Notes: a model not told the origin generated them from the sequence alone. DNA of 63,237 bases, filler included, from Stramenopiles sp. TOSAG23-6 (GCA_900128565.1; 8 parts of 8 records of this genome joined end to end with filler, not necessarily neighbours in it), one strand, 5' to 3'; numbered from the whole stretch's first letter, positions 11,864 through 23,407 are shown. A program made the numbers and translations.

Positions 11864-13190
11864 ATGCAACTAGGACACTGTCGAGAAGCGTCTTTGCTAG
11901 AATATTGAAACGCTTGCTGTAACATTCTACAGCAGCATCTATCTCTCATATATACATTATTTCTTTCATCTGTCTCTTCATTTAATAATGATGAAAGTAT
12001 GGATCTGGATGTCTTTATTTTATCTTCTGTTGTGTGCGTAATATTCTTTGAAAAATATTTCAAAAAATCTAAAAAAAAATGTTAGGTACAAAATTTCGTA
12101 CGAAAAAACAAATCGATTTTTTTGTGAAAAAAAAAATAAAAACATACTTTGCATACTTTGATAATCGGCTCTTTTTCCTCTTTTTTAACATATCATAGTA
12201 TTTTAAACTTGATAGTAATTTTACCACTGGTAAACTATGGCTACTTGTTCCCCCAGTTTCTGTTTTTGGTTTCCACACTGATGTATGTACATTCGGTGAA
12301 TTACCTCTACTATATAAGTCATATTGACCTGGACCAGGTGATGAAGCAACATGTAATTTTTTACTTTTGTTTTTTGGTGACCTCCAACGTCGTCCTTTGA
12401 GTGAGGCGTAATATAACGCTGTTGTATTATACATGCCTGGACCCGGAGTGCTTCCAGCATGTTTTAATTGATTAAGAAGTGTTCCAGAAGAAGTACCAAT
12501 ACCAAATGAAGCACTCCTGGTGTTTTCTGGAAATTTAACGTTATATTCACCTGGGGCTGGCGAAAATTTTGCCTCCATGATCATTCTGTCAACATCAGAT
12601 TTAACTTTTGTTGTATTGAACTTACCTCCTTTACTTAACTGTTTTAGTTTAATATTATATTCACCAGGTCCTGGTTCTCTTTTACTCTTGTAAATAATTT
12701 GATCAAGAGCAGATTTTGGATTGCCAGTAGAAAAAACACAACCAGATTTAGAATAGCCTAATTCAAGTAACTTGGGCTCATATTTATTCTTACGGAGATG
12801 GTTCATGGCTGCAATGCCTCTTTTATTTTGTAATTTGCGTCTTTCGGATTCTACTTGCATAGAAGCTAAGATTTGTGAACGTGTAATAGATTTAATAGAT
12901 TCACTTTGACTTGGTTCTTTCATGGATTGTGTTGAAATTGCACAAGGCTTCCATAGACTATAGTCTATAGCATATTCCGATGCCTGATTTATATCAACAC
13001 TGTCTGAATTTGTTTGAATAACTGATTGATTGGGTTTGTGACTATCAGAGTATGTTGGTGTTGTCTCATTCAAGGAGAATGAATCACTAAAGTCACTGTC
13101 AGCGTTGTTGAGAGCTGCCAATTGTTGCATTGCATGTTGAAACATCAAAGACTCTCCTTTGTGCTTTCGAGAACTTGATTGAGTGATCAT
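11864..13190 (-). CDS. SHIPPO-repeat (ODF3/STPG-like) axonemal protein; exons 13190-12148 and 12040-11864, continues into gap
   Basis: PGPGEY, PAPGEY, PGPGMY, PGPGQY repeats; frame restored by removing intron 12041-12147. Confidence 0.75.
12041..12147 (-). other. Introner-like GT-AT intron (107 nt, phase 2)
   Basis: GTATGT...CAAAGAATAT; joins the only open downstream frame; nearby AGs out of frame; exact 3' end slightly less certain. Confidence 0.7.
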
Positions 13191-13539
13191 CGAATCCTTT
13201 TTATTGAAATGAATCACATACACTGTTTATAAGAAATCACGTAGATAAATGCCATTAAGTACTATAGACATACTGTAATGATGATGATATTATGAGACTT
13301 TAGTGGATGTGGATGGATACTTGTCCTATTGTATAGTAAAAGGAAGAAATCGAGACAGTTTCACCTTTTTCTGCATTTTTAGACGAAAAATCCCCGAAAT
13401 TTGAGATTTTGGAATTCTTTTGAGCCATTCATTCAGTGCATTCTGATTTTCAACAGAAAAAAATAAATCGATACTCACACAGCTACACACAACTACACAG
13501 TCAAAACATCAATATTGGCGTTGTGCATATCGAATTATT

Positions 13540-14055
13540 ATGAGTTTCATGAAAAAAATTGTCTTTCTTCTTTGTTGTACCTTCTTCTTCACCTCCAATG
13601 CGTCAGAAGTTGCTCACAGTGGTGAAAGAGATGCCCTCGCTGGTGACAAACCAGCGTCATCACAAAACGTACAAAGAAGACGTTGGAGAAGAATTCGACG
13701 ACCTGGATTTCTATCACCTGGACATCTACGACCTGGACTTCTACGACCTGGAACTCCACGACCTGGAACTGCTGGAGCTCCTCATGCATGTGTGAATTGT
13801 CATCTAGGCAAGAGACATCGCGGCAGTTGTAAAGGTTGTCATAAATTGAACCCTGCTAAGAGACCCAAGGATGAGATGGAAAAGTTTGAACTTGATATGA
13901 GGGCACTCAACATCGCTGGTGGTAACAGTGACAAACCTCAAAAACCTTCAGAAAAGAAGAATGATCAAGAGAAGACGCCGAAACCTTCTGGTCCAGTGTT
14001 TCATTTTGAATATGAACCGGGGAATTTTAAAGTACAATTCGCTCACGGAGTTTGA
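13540..14055 (+). CDS. Small putative secreted protein with RPG repeats and two CxxCH motifs
   Basis: Signal-peptide-like start; 15-bp repeats encoding xxRPG; CVNCH and CKGCH. Confidence 0.7.
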   Translation: MSFMKKIVFLLCCTFFFTSNASEVAHSGERDALAGDKPASSQNVQRRRWRRIRRPGFLSPGHLRPGLLRPGTPRPGTAGAPHACVNCHLGKRHRGSCKGCHKLNPAKRPKDEMEKFELDMRALNIAGGNSDKPQKPSEKKNDQEKTPKPSGPVFHFEYEPGNFKVQFAHGV

Positions 14056-14295
14056 GTTTAAACATCAAATGAAATAGAAGTTGTATAGAGATATTGTGTA
14101 TAATATATGCGTCATTTATAACCAGTAGAATTTTTCGATAAAATTCAACCCTAACCCTACACGTGTGGGAAGTGTTATAGGTGTAAATGTATAACATCAA
14201 CATCAGATTATATTTACTCGTAGTAACTGTACATAAACTACAAATCAAAAAACTAATGTTAAATATAACTAAAATATTCAATTACTACAATAATA

Positions 14296-14609
14296 TTTTT
14301 TTACACCCCATGAATATGGGTGTTCCAAGTATTTTTATATTGTAAGAGGCGTGGTGTCCGTTCGTTCGTTCGTTCGTTCGTTCGTCCGGTGTCCGATTTC
14401 TAAATTTCGTAGTTAATTGGTACAAAATCAATAAAATATGAGCTGAATTTATACTATATATTCAGACTATAGATATATACACTGACTATATATAGCTGAT
14501 CAAGTAGGATTAATCCATTGTCACTTTAAACCAGGTTTGTACATTTGTAACACTTAAAGAAATAAGAAAAAAACAAAAATGGGGTGTTCAACGTCGAACG
14601 ACAATCTTT
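14296..14609 (+). mobile_element. Helentron-associated (HINE/DINE-1-like) non-autonomous element
   Basis: Inserted in a T-run; subTIR ACACCCCAT 14303-14311 with adjacent inverted ATGGGTGT; (GTTC)n/GTCC microsatellite 14356-14395; 3' subTIR ATGGGGTGT 14579-14587; terminal hairpin GTCG-AA-CGAC 14593-14602. Confidence 0.75.
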
Positions 14610-14666
14610 ATATTAGAGAAAAGCACCAACTCACTTCATTATTATCTATTACTACAATAATATTTT

Positions 14667-17600
14667 TTATATTGGAGAAAACCACCAACTCGCTTCATTA
14701 TTATCTATAGTATCGTCATTATTGCCAAGTGAGACTTCTTGTTTATTACGCCGTTCCATTAACAATAATTCTGTCAAATCTTCTGGTGTGGAATAGTTCA
14801 GGCGAAGAGGCTCTTTACCAGGTTTTTTGTCTATGAAGATATTATTCTTTTCTTGATTTGTTTGATTGACTCTTCTACGGGGATTCACTTGTTTACTATA
14901 CTTTTGATACTTTTCAGCTAATTCTGTTGATTTTTTTTTCCAATAATCAATTTCTTCTTCTGTGTCTACAAGATTTTGTCCATACTTTTTAATGACAGTT
15001 TCCAATGCTTGTGATGCTGTACAATTATTATCCCTTTTTAGCTCTGCTATTTCTTCGCCATGATCAATAGCAAGCTTATATAGGGCAATTTTATGTTCTT
15101 TCCTCTTAGATTGATATGTATCTTTTGCGTCGTTACACATCTTCATTGCTATTTCAAGCTGTTGTTGTTTATTCATTATTTTACTTTCAAATGAGTTTAT
15201 TTCAGATGTATCACGAGGTTTTTCGTGTGGTCTATTTGAATCATAAAAAGCATATCTTCTAACCAACATTTTCATTGCATCTTTCACTTCATTTATTTCT
15301 AACTCGTGTCGCTTCTGCATATCTTCTAATGCAATAGTCATGTCACTATTATGTATATCTACAAGTGTTTCTAGATCAACTGCATATTTCTCTTCCATTT
15401 TGCTCAGTGTACTTATATTTGAAGCATCAGTATCAAGGTTGTGTACATCTTTTACTGCTGTGTGCTTTTGGGTAACATCTTCACAGGTTGCTTTCCATTC
15501 TGATATTTTATGCTCGGCCGATTGAAGCTCTTGTTTATATTTATCTGCAATCTCCAACAATGCCTTCTCGTTTCTGATAGTTTGTTCTTTTATTAACCTT
15601 TCAATGTCTTTTTTGTGGTCAGATTCAATATTCTTTAAAGCGAGAATGTGTGCTTTCTCATCAGCTTCGCGGACTTCATGACTTTTGCGCAACTCTTCAG
15701 TCAAATGTTCTAATTCAAATTTAGTTTGTTGTTCAAACTCATTTGGATTATCTTTTGGCTGTTTATTCGAAAGATTATTAGTAGCTTCAGTAACAGTCTC
15801 CGAGATATTTTGTTTGTGTGGTAGAGCTTTTTTATCGTTGCGTTTTTCATGAAGCTTAAGTAGTTTGTTATACTGTTTTCTTAATGTATCTAATTCAGCT
15901 TTTATTAAAGTTATTTCGTCAGTGTGATAAGCCTCTAGTTGTTGCAGCCCTCGTGTTTTGTCGTACCGATGACTAAGTATCAGGCTTTCTATTTCAGCTT
16001 TATGCTTTTCGGTCATTCCAATTACGACATTTTTCTGTTCAATCTCTACTGATTGTAGTTTCATCTGCAAAAGTTTTAGCTTCGTAGTATTCACTTTGTC
16101 AGATTCATTTCCTTCGGCACGATGCTTACTAGCAGCTATTTCGAGTTCTTTCCTGTAATCATGTGAAATCATATCTAGAGCTGTCTTCTTATCAACGTTG
16201 TGTTTTTCTTTCATTTCGCTGATTTCTTTGTCATGCTTCAATTTAAGTTGTAAGATATCTTCTTTATGTGTTTTCTGTAGATTATACTGAGCTTCTTTAG
16301 CAATCGTAATATCATTCTCTAAACTACGTATTTTAGATCTATGTTTTCGTTCTTGATCTTGAAGTGCAATGGTATGACTCCCTTTGACTTCATCAACACA
16401 GCGACTCAATTCGTTTTTATGCTTTGCGTCAATCTTTTCAAGGATCGATTTATGTTTAGCTTCGATTTCTTCTTGTGTCAGTGAATGTTGCCTGACTATA
16501 TCATTACATTTTTTTTTTATTTCCTCTATTTCAATATTTGCCAATTCGATCTCATCCTCATGACGAGTTTGTAATTCTTGTACTGTGCCCATTTTATCGT
16601 TTTTGTGGCTTTCGACAAGATCAATCAATTCAGTATCATGTTTTTGCATCAAGCTATTCAATGATTTTGAATGTGATAAATCTTTCTTTTTCAATTTTAC
16701 TTTCAGACTAGATACCTCAGAGTCTTTCTCTTTTGTTACTCGTGTAATTTCCTTTCTCTTTTCATCATGTTTTGCCTTCCATTTCAATATTTCTTGTTCA
16801 GTCAAATTAAGTTGTTCACTGTACTTTTCAGCTGTTGCTTCTAATGCTTTTTTTTTATCACAATGAAAATCTTCTTTGTACTTTTCAATTTCTCGCTTAT
16901 GTTCAGACTCAAGTTGACTCAAAGCAATCTCGTGAGCCTTAAGTTTTGAGTTTTGGGTTTCTTTCTGAACCTTCATTTGATTTTCTAAATTACGCAATTC
17001 AGATTTGTGCTGACGTGCTAAACCTTCAAGTGCATCATTTCTATTTCCATCTGTCTCCTCTATAAGCCGCTTCATTTCAGCATTGTGTTGTTTAGCCATC
17101 GTCTCAAGTGCAGCTATGTGTATTGAATCTTGTTCTTGTTTTGATAATTGGTGTTGTTTCATCAGAGAATCATATTTGGATTTTAGATCATTCAATGAAA
17201 ATTCGGCTATTTGCATTTCATCCTCATGTCGACTTTGAAGTTCCTGCAGTGCCCCAGCTTTATCCCCGTGATGACTCTCCACCAATGTTTTTAATTCATG
17301 GGCATGTTTAGCCGATAGTTCGTTCAAAATTACTTCGTGTGATTTTTCCGTATTTTCGAGTTTCAACAAAAAAGCATTCAACTTTTCTTTGCTTTCATTC
17401 TTTTCTTCTTCCAATCTTTTTGTAGCTTCTTCGCAGTTTCTTTCCCATTGAATGATCTCATTTTCCACTGATGTCAATTGATGATTATATTTTTTAGCCA
17501 TTACTTCTAATGCGTTTGCTTTACTACTTCTATTCTCCTTCTTGAATTGTTCAATCTCTTCCTTGTGATCAGACGCTAGCTGAGCTAAAGCAAGTTCGTG

Positions 17601-20600
17601 TGCCTTTAATCTTGAAACATTTTCTTCTCTCTGAAGGGTGAGTTTATTTTCCAGAGCTCGTAGTTCAGATCTGTGTTGACGGGCTAAGTCTTCAAATGCG
17701 TTATTTTTATTACCCTCGAATTCATCCAGAGAACGCATCATTTCTTTGCGATGAAGAGTAGCCATCTTTTCAATGGCAGCTTTGTGTATTGCATCTTTCT
17801 CCTGGAGAGATAATTCATGATCTTCGATAAATTCAGCATATTCTTTTTTAATTTTATTCAAATCATTATCAGCTGATTGTGCAAATTCATCTAAATGAGC
17901 TTGAAGTTTTTCCAATGATTTTGCTTTGTCTTCTTTGTGAAGGATTTTCAGAGCCTTTAATTCGCATAAATGCTCGTCTTTTAAATCTCTCATCTTGTCT
18001 TCGTGGTTTGTTAATGCTTTATCAAGTTTATTTTCGAGTAATTTAACTTTAGTTAAATGAGTATTCTTGATATTTTCATAGTTGGCAAGTTCCTCTCCTG
18101 CCTTTTTTTCCCAATGAGCTGTCTCTGCCTCTGCAGTAGCAAGTTCTTCGTTGTATCTGCTAGCCATCACTTGTAATGCTGTCTTCTTATTATAATGATG
18201 TTCTTCCTTGATTTTTTCAATTTCTTCTTTATAATGAGATTCTAGTTTTGATAGAGCATTTTCGTGTACTTGGACTTTTGCATCAGCTACTTCTTCGCGT
18301 ATTTTATTTTGATTTTCTAAATTACGTAATTCATATTGATGTTGACGCGCCAAATCTTTAAGTTCATTCTTTTTATTTTTGTCTGCGTCATCTAAACACA
18401 TTTTCATTTCAGCTTTATGTTGTTTAGCGATTTTGTCAAGTTCAGTTCTATGAAGTTTATCCTTTTCTCTTTGTGATAATTTTCGCTTCTCTAAAATATC
18501 AGCATATTGTAATTTGATATCACGTAATTGTTTTTCTTGTATTTTTATTTCACCATCATGTCGTTTTTGAAGTTCCTGTAGTGCTAGAGACTTATCCCCA
18601 TGATGACTTTCGATCAGCGCATTCAATTCTTTTGCATATTTATCAGTCATTTCTTTCAATACAGCATCGTGTGCCATTTGAACTTTTTCAATTTTTAAAT
18701 TCATAGCTTTCACGTCTGCTTTCTGGCTTTGGATTACCTCTTTATATTGTTTTTCAGACTTCTCCATTTTTCGCTCCCCTAAAATTAATTTTTCTTCAGC
18801 GATAGCCAGCTCCTTACTATATTTATCAGCCATCGCTTGCATTGCTTTCTTTTTATTGCAATGGTGTTCTTCCTTGAACTGTTCAATCTCTTCTTTATGA
18901 TCAGTTTCAAGTTTGGATAAGGCGCGTTCATATTCCTTCACTTTTGTATCAGTGATTTCTTTATTCAGTTCAAGTTTTCCTTCAATCTCTTTTATTTCAG
19001 ATCGATGTAGCCGCACTAAATCTTCAAGAGCAGCCTTTTTATTACCATCCGCTTCTTCCAAACAATGCTTCATTTCAGATTTGTGTTTTTTGGCCAATTT
19101 CATTATTGCAGTTTCGTGTAGAGTATCCTTTTTTTTTTGTGACAATTTGGAACTCTCTACAAAATCAGTATATTGTTTTTGGATACCATTTAATTTCTTT
19201 TCTTTTATTTTTTGTTCATCATCATGCCGTTTTTGAAGTTCATTTAGTGCGTTTTTCATATCACCTTTATGACTTTCTGCTTGTGTATTAAGTTTATTTG
19301 TAAATGTATCTCTCATTTCTTTCAATACTCGTTCGCGTGTTTCTTCCGTTTTCTTCAGATTTTTGTGCATTAATTTCATTTTTATTTCATGTTCATTCTT
19401 TTGATGTCTACACTCTTGGTTTGCTTCTTTTGTCTTTTCTTGCCATTGGATGATATCATTTTCAGCTTTATCAAGTTGTTTTTTGTATTTTTCATTTAAT
19501 GCATCCACAGCTTTCTTTTTATCACAATGATGATCTTCCTTATATTTTTCGATTTCTTCCGCATGCTGAGTAGTAAGTCTAGCAATGGCAAATTCATGAG
19601 CGGTCATTTCTGCGTCGTATGCTTCCTTATGCATTAAAATTTGTCCTTCAATATCACCAATTTCAGATTTATGCTGCCAAGCAAGAGCTTCAACCTCATC
19701 TTTATGTTTTCCTCGAATTTCGTCTAAACATTTCTTCATTTCGACATCATGATGAATTTTTAACTTGTTAATTTCATCTCTATGCACTCCTTTATTTTTC
19801 TCTACTAATAACTGATGACGCTCAATATCATCTGTATACTTTGCTTTTGCATTCTCTAGTTCAGACTCAATTACAGAAACCTTTTTTTCGTGATCATTTT
19901 TGATTTCTTGTAGTATTTTCTTCATTTGCTTTTCTTTTTTCTTTGCAAGATCATCCAATTCTTCCGTGTGTTTATCATTACTTTTTCGTAATACATTTGC
20001 ATGGGTAATCTCTGCCTTTTCCAACTTCTTTTCCCAAAAGATAGTGCCTATCTTGTATTGCTTTTTACACGCTTTCATTTCGACTTCATGCTTATTTTTT
20101 ACTTCTTCATATTTTTTAGCAAAATTTTCGGTTTTATTTTGCCAACGTATTGCTTCCTTTTCAGCCTCATCAAGTTTATTATTACATTTTTCTGACATAA
20201 TATCTAATGCTTTTGATTTTTCACGACGGTGTTCTTCTTTGATCACTTCAATGCGTTCTTCATGATCCGTGATCATCGCTTCTTTTACATGAGAAAGTTC
20301 AATTTTGTGTGACTCTGATATTTCTTCCATTAATGCGTTATGACGTTCCTCCATCTCTGATGTACGTAATTGCAGTTCATCTCTGTGCTCGATGATGATT
20401 GTTTTAATCTCATCTTCATGAGCTTTCTTCTTTTCCTTCTGTGATATTTGAAGAGCATCACAATGTAGTGTGAAAAAATATGTTTTTTTGATTTGTTTTG
20501 TTAGGTACAAAATTTCGTATGAAAAAAAAATTGATTTATTAGAGAAACGTACTTTTTCCTTAGCAAGACCAAGTGCTTCTTTCGCTGAAGCTCTTTCAAT

Positions 20601-21488
20601 TTCGTGTTTTTCTGATAATAAATTCATATCCATAACATGTTTCTCGACAATTTCATTCATTAAAATTTTATGCGATGCTTGTGCCTCATCCAAATTTCTC
20701 TTGAGTGATGAAATTTCAGCGTTGGCATTATTTAAATGTTTTTCGTGTTGTCGGACCAAATCTTCTTTATTTCTTTTTAGATGAGACATTTCATTCATAA
20801 CACGATCCATGTGTTTTGCATGTTCACTCGCAGCATCTTCTAAAGCTATATTGTTTCTCTTTATTTGATCTGTTTTGAATTTCATTGTTGTAAGATCATT
20901 TTCAATAGATCGCAATTCATATCTATGTTTTCTAGACAAATCTTCAAGAGCATCTTTTTTACCCCGTTCAGACTTTTCCAGACATTCTGCCATATCGGTT
21001 TTATGTTGATGCTTCAGAGATTCAATTTCGCGTTTATGTAAAAAGTCTTTTTCTCTTAATAACATTTCAGTTCTCTCGGAAAAAAACGCATCGTGAGATG
21101 ATTTCGATTCAGCTAATTCGTTATCTAAAATTGACCGTTTCGTTCGCTCAAAATAGGACGTCTCGTCGTTATTACTTTCTTTGGATTTCGTTTTCCATTT
21201 CTTGCGCAAATCACTCAATGAATCCACACCAGCTAGTTTGCTCTCAAACTGTAACGCAGCTCTGGTTTTCTCTAGCTTCGTTTTATTATCACGTTTAGGT
21301 GATTTCTTTGGCGTAGTGGAAACGCTCGTTTTATCAAGAGTAGAGAGTTTTTGTTTTGGTGCTGATTTTTTTAAGGGCTCTTTCTTCTCAGCGTCGTTTG
21401 ACGTAATGATTCGTTTAAGCCATTTATCATTAGGAGGGCCTTTTGACTCCGTAGAGTCATTAGAATGTGTTTGCATCATAGAGTACAT
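14667..21488 (-). CDS. Giant His-rich coiled-coil protein with 222-aa repeats; one in-frame intron (20463-20552)
   Basis: 2273-aa ORF; recurring HKEEIE..KE.HH..KK.AL motif at 666-bp spacing. Confidence 0.85.
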   Translation of the reverse strand: MYSMMQTHSNDSTESKGPPNDKWLKRIITSNDAEKKEPLKKSAPKQKLSTLDKTSVSTTPKKSPKRDNKTKLEKTRAALQFESKLAGVDSLSDLRKKWKTKSKESNNDETSYFERTKRSILDNELAESKSSHDAFFSERTEMLLREKDFLHKREIESLKHQHKTDMAECLEKSERGKKDALEDLSRKHRYELRSIENDLTTMKFKTDQIKRNNIALEDAASEHAKHMDRVMNEMSHLKRNKEDLVRQHEKHLNNANAEISSLKRNLDEAQASHKILMNEIVEKHVMDMNLLSEKHEIERASAKEALGLAKEKVRFSNKSIFFSYEILYLTKQIKKTYFFTLHCDALQISQKEKKKAHEDEIKTIIIEHRDELQLRTSEMEERHNALMEEISESHKIELSHVKEAMITDHEERIEVIKEEHRREKSKALDIMSEKCNNKLDEAEKEAIRWQNKTENFAKKYEEVKNKHEVEMKACKKQYKIGTIFWEKKLEKAEITHANVLRKSNDKHTEELDDLAKKKEKQMKKILQEIKNDHEKKVSVIESELENAKAKYTDDIERHQLLVEKNKGVHRDEINKLKIHHDVEMKKCLDEIRGKHKDEVEALAWQHKSEIGDIEGQILMHKEAYDAEMTAHEFAIARLTTQHAEEIEKYKEDHHCDKKKAVDALNEKYKKQLDKAENDIIQWQEKTKEANQECRHQKNEHEIKMKLMHKNLKKTEETRERVLKEMRDTFTNKLNTQAESHKGDMKNALNELQKRHDDEQKIKEKKLNGIQKQYTDFVESSKLSQKKKDTLHETAIMKLAKKHKSEMKHCLEEADGNKKAALEDLVRLHRSEIKEIEGKLELNKEITDTKVKEYERALSKLETDHKEEIEQFKEEHHCNKKKAMQAMADKYSKELAIAEEKLILGERKMEKSEKQYKEVIQSQKADVKAMNLKIEKVQMAHDAVLKEMTDKYAKELNALIESHHGDKSLALQELQKRHDGEIKIQEKQLRDIKLQYADILEKRKLSQREKDKLHRTELDKIAKQHKAEMKMCLDDADKNKKNELKDLARQHQYELRNLENQNKIREEVADAKVQVHENALSKLESHYKEEIEKIKEEHHYNKKTALQVMASRYNEELATAEAETAHWEKKAGEELANYENIKNTHLTKVKLLENKLDKALTNHEDKMRDLKDEHLCELKALKILHKEDKAKSLEKLQAHLDEFAQSADNDLNKIKKEYAEFIEDHELSLQEKDAIHKAAIEKMATLHRKEMMRSLDEFEGNKNNAFEDLARQHRSELRALENKLTLQREENVSRLKAHELALAQLASDHKEEIEQFKKENRSSKANALEVMAKKYNHQLTSVENEIIQWERNCEEATKRLEEEKNESKEKLNAFLLKLENTEKSHEVILNELSAKHAHELKTLVESHHGDKAGALQELQSRHEDEMQIAEFSLNDLKSKYDSLMKQHQLSKQEQDSIHIAALETMAKQHNAEMKRLIEETDGNRNDALEGLARQHKSELRNLENQMKVQKETQNSKLKAHEIALSQLESEHKREIEKYKEDFHCDKKKALEATAEKYSEQLNLTEQEILKWKAKHDEKRKEITRVTKEKDSEVSSLKVKLKKKDLSHSKSLNSLMQKHDTELIDLVESHKNDKMGTVQELQTRHEDEIELANIEIEEIKKKCNDIVRQHSLTQEEIEAKHKSILEKIDAKHKNELSRCVDEVKGSHTIALQDQERKHRSKIRSLENDITIAKEAQYNLQKTHKEDILQLKLKHDKEISEMKEKHNVDKKTALDMISHDYRKELEIAASKHRAEGNESDKVNTTKLKLLQMKLQSVEIEQKNVVIGMTEKHKAEIESLILSHRYDKTRGLQQLEAYHTDEITLIKAELDTLRKQYNKLLKLHEKRNDKKALPHKQNISETVTEATNNLSNKQPKDNPNEFEQQTKFELEHLTEELRKSHEVREADEKAHILALKNIESDHKKDIERLIKEQTIRNEKALLEIADKYKQELQSAEHKISEWKATCEDVTQKHTAVKDVHNLDTDASNISTLSKMEEKYAVDLETLVDIHNSDMTIALEDMQKRHELEINEVKDAMKMLVRRYAFYDSNRPHEKPRDTSEINSFESKIMNKQQQLEIAMKMCNDAKDTYQSKRKEHKIALYKLAIDHGEEIAELKRDNNCTASQALETVIKKYGQNLVDTEEEIDYWKKKSTELAEKYQKYSKQVNPRRRVNQTNQEKNNIFIDKKPGKEPLRLNYSTPEDLTELLLMERRNKQEVSLGNNDDTIDNNEASWWFSPI
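20463..20552 (-). other. Introner-like GT-AT intron (90 nt, phase 0, no in-frame stop)
   Basis: GTACGT...TACCTAAC...TTCACACTACAT; its translation is an F/I-rich insert in a coiled coil. Confidence 0.8.
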
Positions 21489-21772
21489 GTTGAATACACT
21501 ATCAGGCTTTACTTGTATAGAACGATTTGAGAAAATAAGAAGATTTTCTTGGTAATTTTGTAACGGATGACTTCAAATTTTACAAATTACAAATTCGGAG
21601 ATAATGAAAAATATTCAGGTACCAAGACAGGTTTGTTCAGATACGCAAAAAAAAAAAAAAAAAACGTTCATATTGTTTTTTGCCAAATCTGCTCTACGTC
21701 TCTTTGGATTCCGTACGATTCTTTTGTACTTATTACCAAAATGAAAATAATTCAAGTGTTATTATAATTTCT

Positions 21773-23407
21773 TTATTTGACTTTACTCTCCATAGCAATT
21801 TCTTCAGGCTGGACACCAAGTGCTGCATCGCCGTTTATAGAGAGACCACGAGCAACAGAAATATTTTCGCCATTTTGTTGTAAAAATTTAAAATATGAAT
21901 CAGTAATCCTTTTTCGTTCTTTCCGCCGAGTACTTAAATTCCAAGACGTGAGTTGTTGTTGTCGTGCAATTTCATCTTCAGTAAAATTATGCTGTGCCAA
22001 CCATGCCATTGGAGCACACCTAAGAAGAAAACATAACATATCTGTACGCTGTATCGCTTTTGCCGTAGCTCTTTGACGACCTTCTTTTCTATGAAAATTT
22101 GCATACATTTGTAATAATTTGACACCTCGAGGACGCATCAAGGCATCCTTTGTACTGCCTACAAAAGCAGGATGTCTCATTCGATCTAAAAACTCTAAAA
22201 TATCCTTATTTCGTTTATCCTCAACTCGCCGCGCCTCATCCATATTCTTTTGTCTTTCATCATTACAAAGGGTACATCCTAAACCAAATTCAATGCCATT
22301 TGGGGGGTGACGACATCGAAGAGGACAAAGCAGTGGATCATTATGTTGTATCCCAGGACATGCTACATATTCTTCATCATCGTTATCTTTGGCATATGAT
22401 GTGTTTGTATTAAGCCCCGATGATAACTTTTTAACATTTTTACCAGTTTTGTATTTAGCAAGTGTCTTCCATACTCCAGGTTTATGGCAGTTGACACAAA
22501 AATGAGTATTACCCCAACAACAAAATGAAGCGACTGAGCAACAAAATCTACATTTATGTGCAATCCAATCCTTTCCATGTTTTGGGCATTCTTCTACATT
22601 ATCTACAGCACAACTTGGACATAAAAGATCTTTGGCAACATCATCTTCATCTTCTTCGTCTTCATCAGCGGCACCACAACGATAATTTCCACCAAAATAA
22701 GGTCGCTTACACTTATAACATTGATAAAACACAAATTCATGTAACGCAAATTGAAGAGGTTTTTGATAAAAATCACCACCAGGTTTAATCACCGCGGCAT
22801 CTTTATCTAAACCTTCCATTTTGAAACGAAGTAAAGCTCTACGATGAACATCCGCTTCTAATGCAATCATAGGCCCAACAATGTCTTCAACCGACCAATG
22901 ACGAATTTGTTCCTTACACTGTGGACATTTCATAAACTCAAATGACATTCGATGACCAGGATATCCCTTTTCTAATAAATCTCGAACACACGCTGCATGA
23001 AAAAGATGCCCACATTTTAGCTGTATCGTAGGTGCGTTCCCGAGAGCATCCACATAACAAATCGTGCAATATTCTTCACTCATGTTCAAATCACAAGTAA
23101 GGCATGTATTTTGGAAAAATATTTCAAAAAAAATCATTAAGTATACAATTTCGTACTAAAAATAAATTCGAAATTGAAAAAAAAAATAAAAACATACATG
23201 GAGGACACGCTTTTGCAGATGGATCCCAGCCGGGCACGGCACCTTCCCATAAAACTTCTCTCAATTCTATTCCTAATGGTTCATGGTCTGCGGAAGTATT
23301 AAAAAACAAAACGGCAGGAATAATTTCCTCTGAAATTCCATGAAAGAATATACGCTGTCGTTGGCCGTCCACAGAAACGTGAAGTGTACCGCGTCGTTGA
23401 TTGAGAC
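21773..23407 (-). CDS. MYCBP2/Highwire-like RING-Cys-relay E3 ubiquitin ligase, C-terminal part; exons 23407-23198 and 23103-21773
   Basis: RING (CTIC...CGHLFHAAC...CPQC), YQCYKCKRPYFGGNYRC, CPKHG, KCRFCCSVASFCCWGNTHFC, CPLRCRHPPNGIEFGLGCTLC match the MYCBP2 C-terminus. Confidence 0.88.
23104..23197 (-). other. Introner-like GT-AT intron (94 nt, phase 1)
   Basis: CAT|GTATGT...AATACAT|G; gives ACPPCLTC before the RING. Confidence 0.85.
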
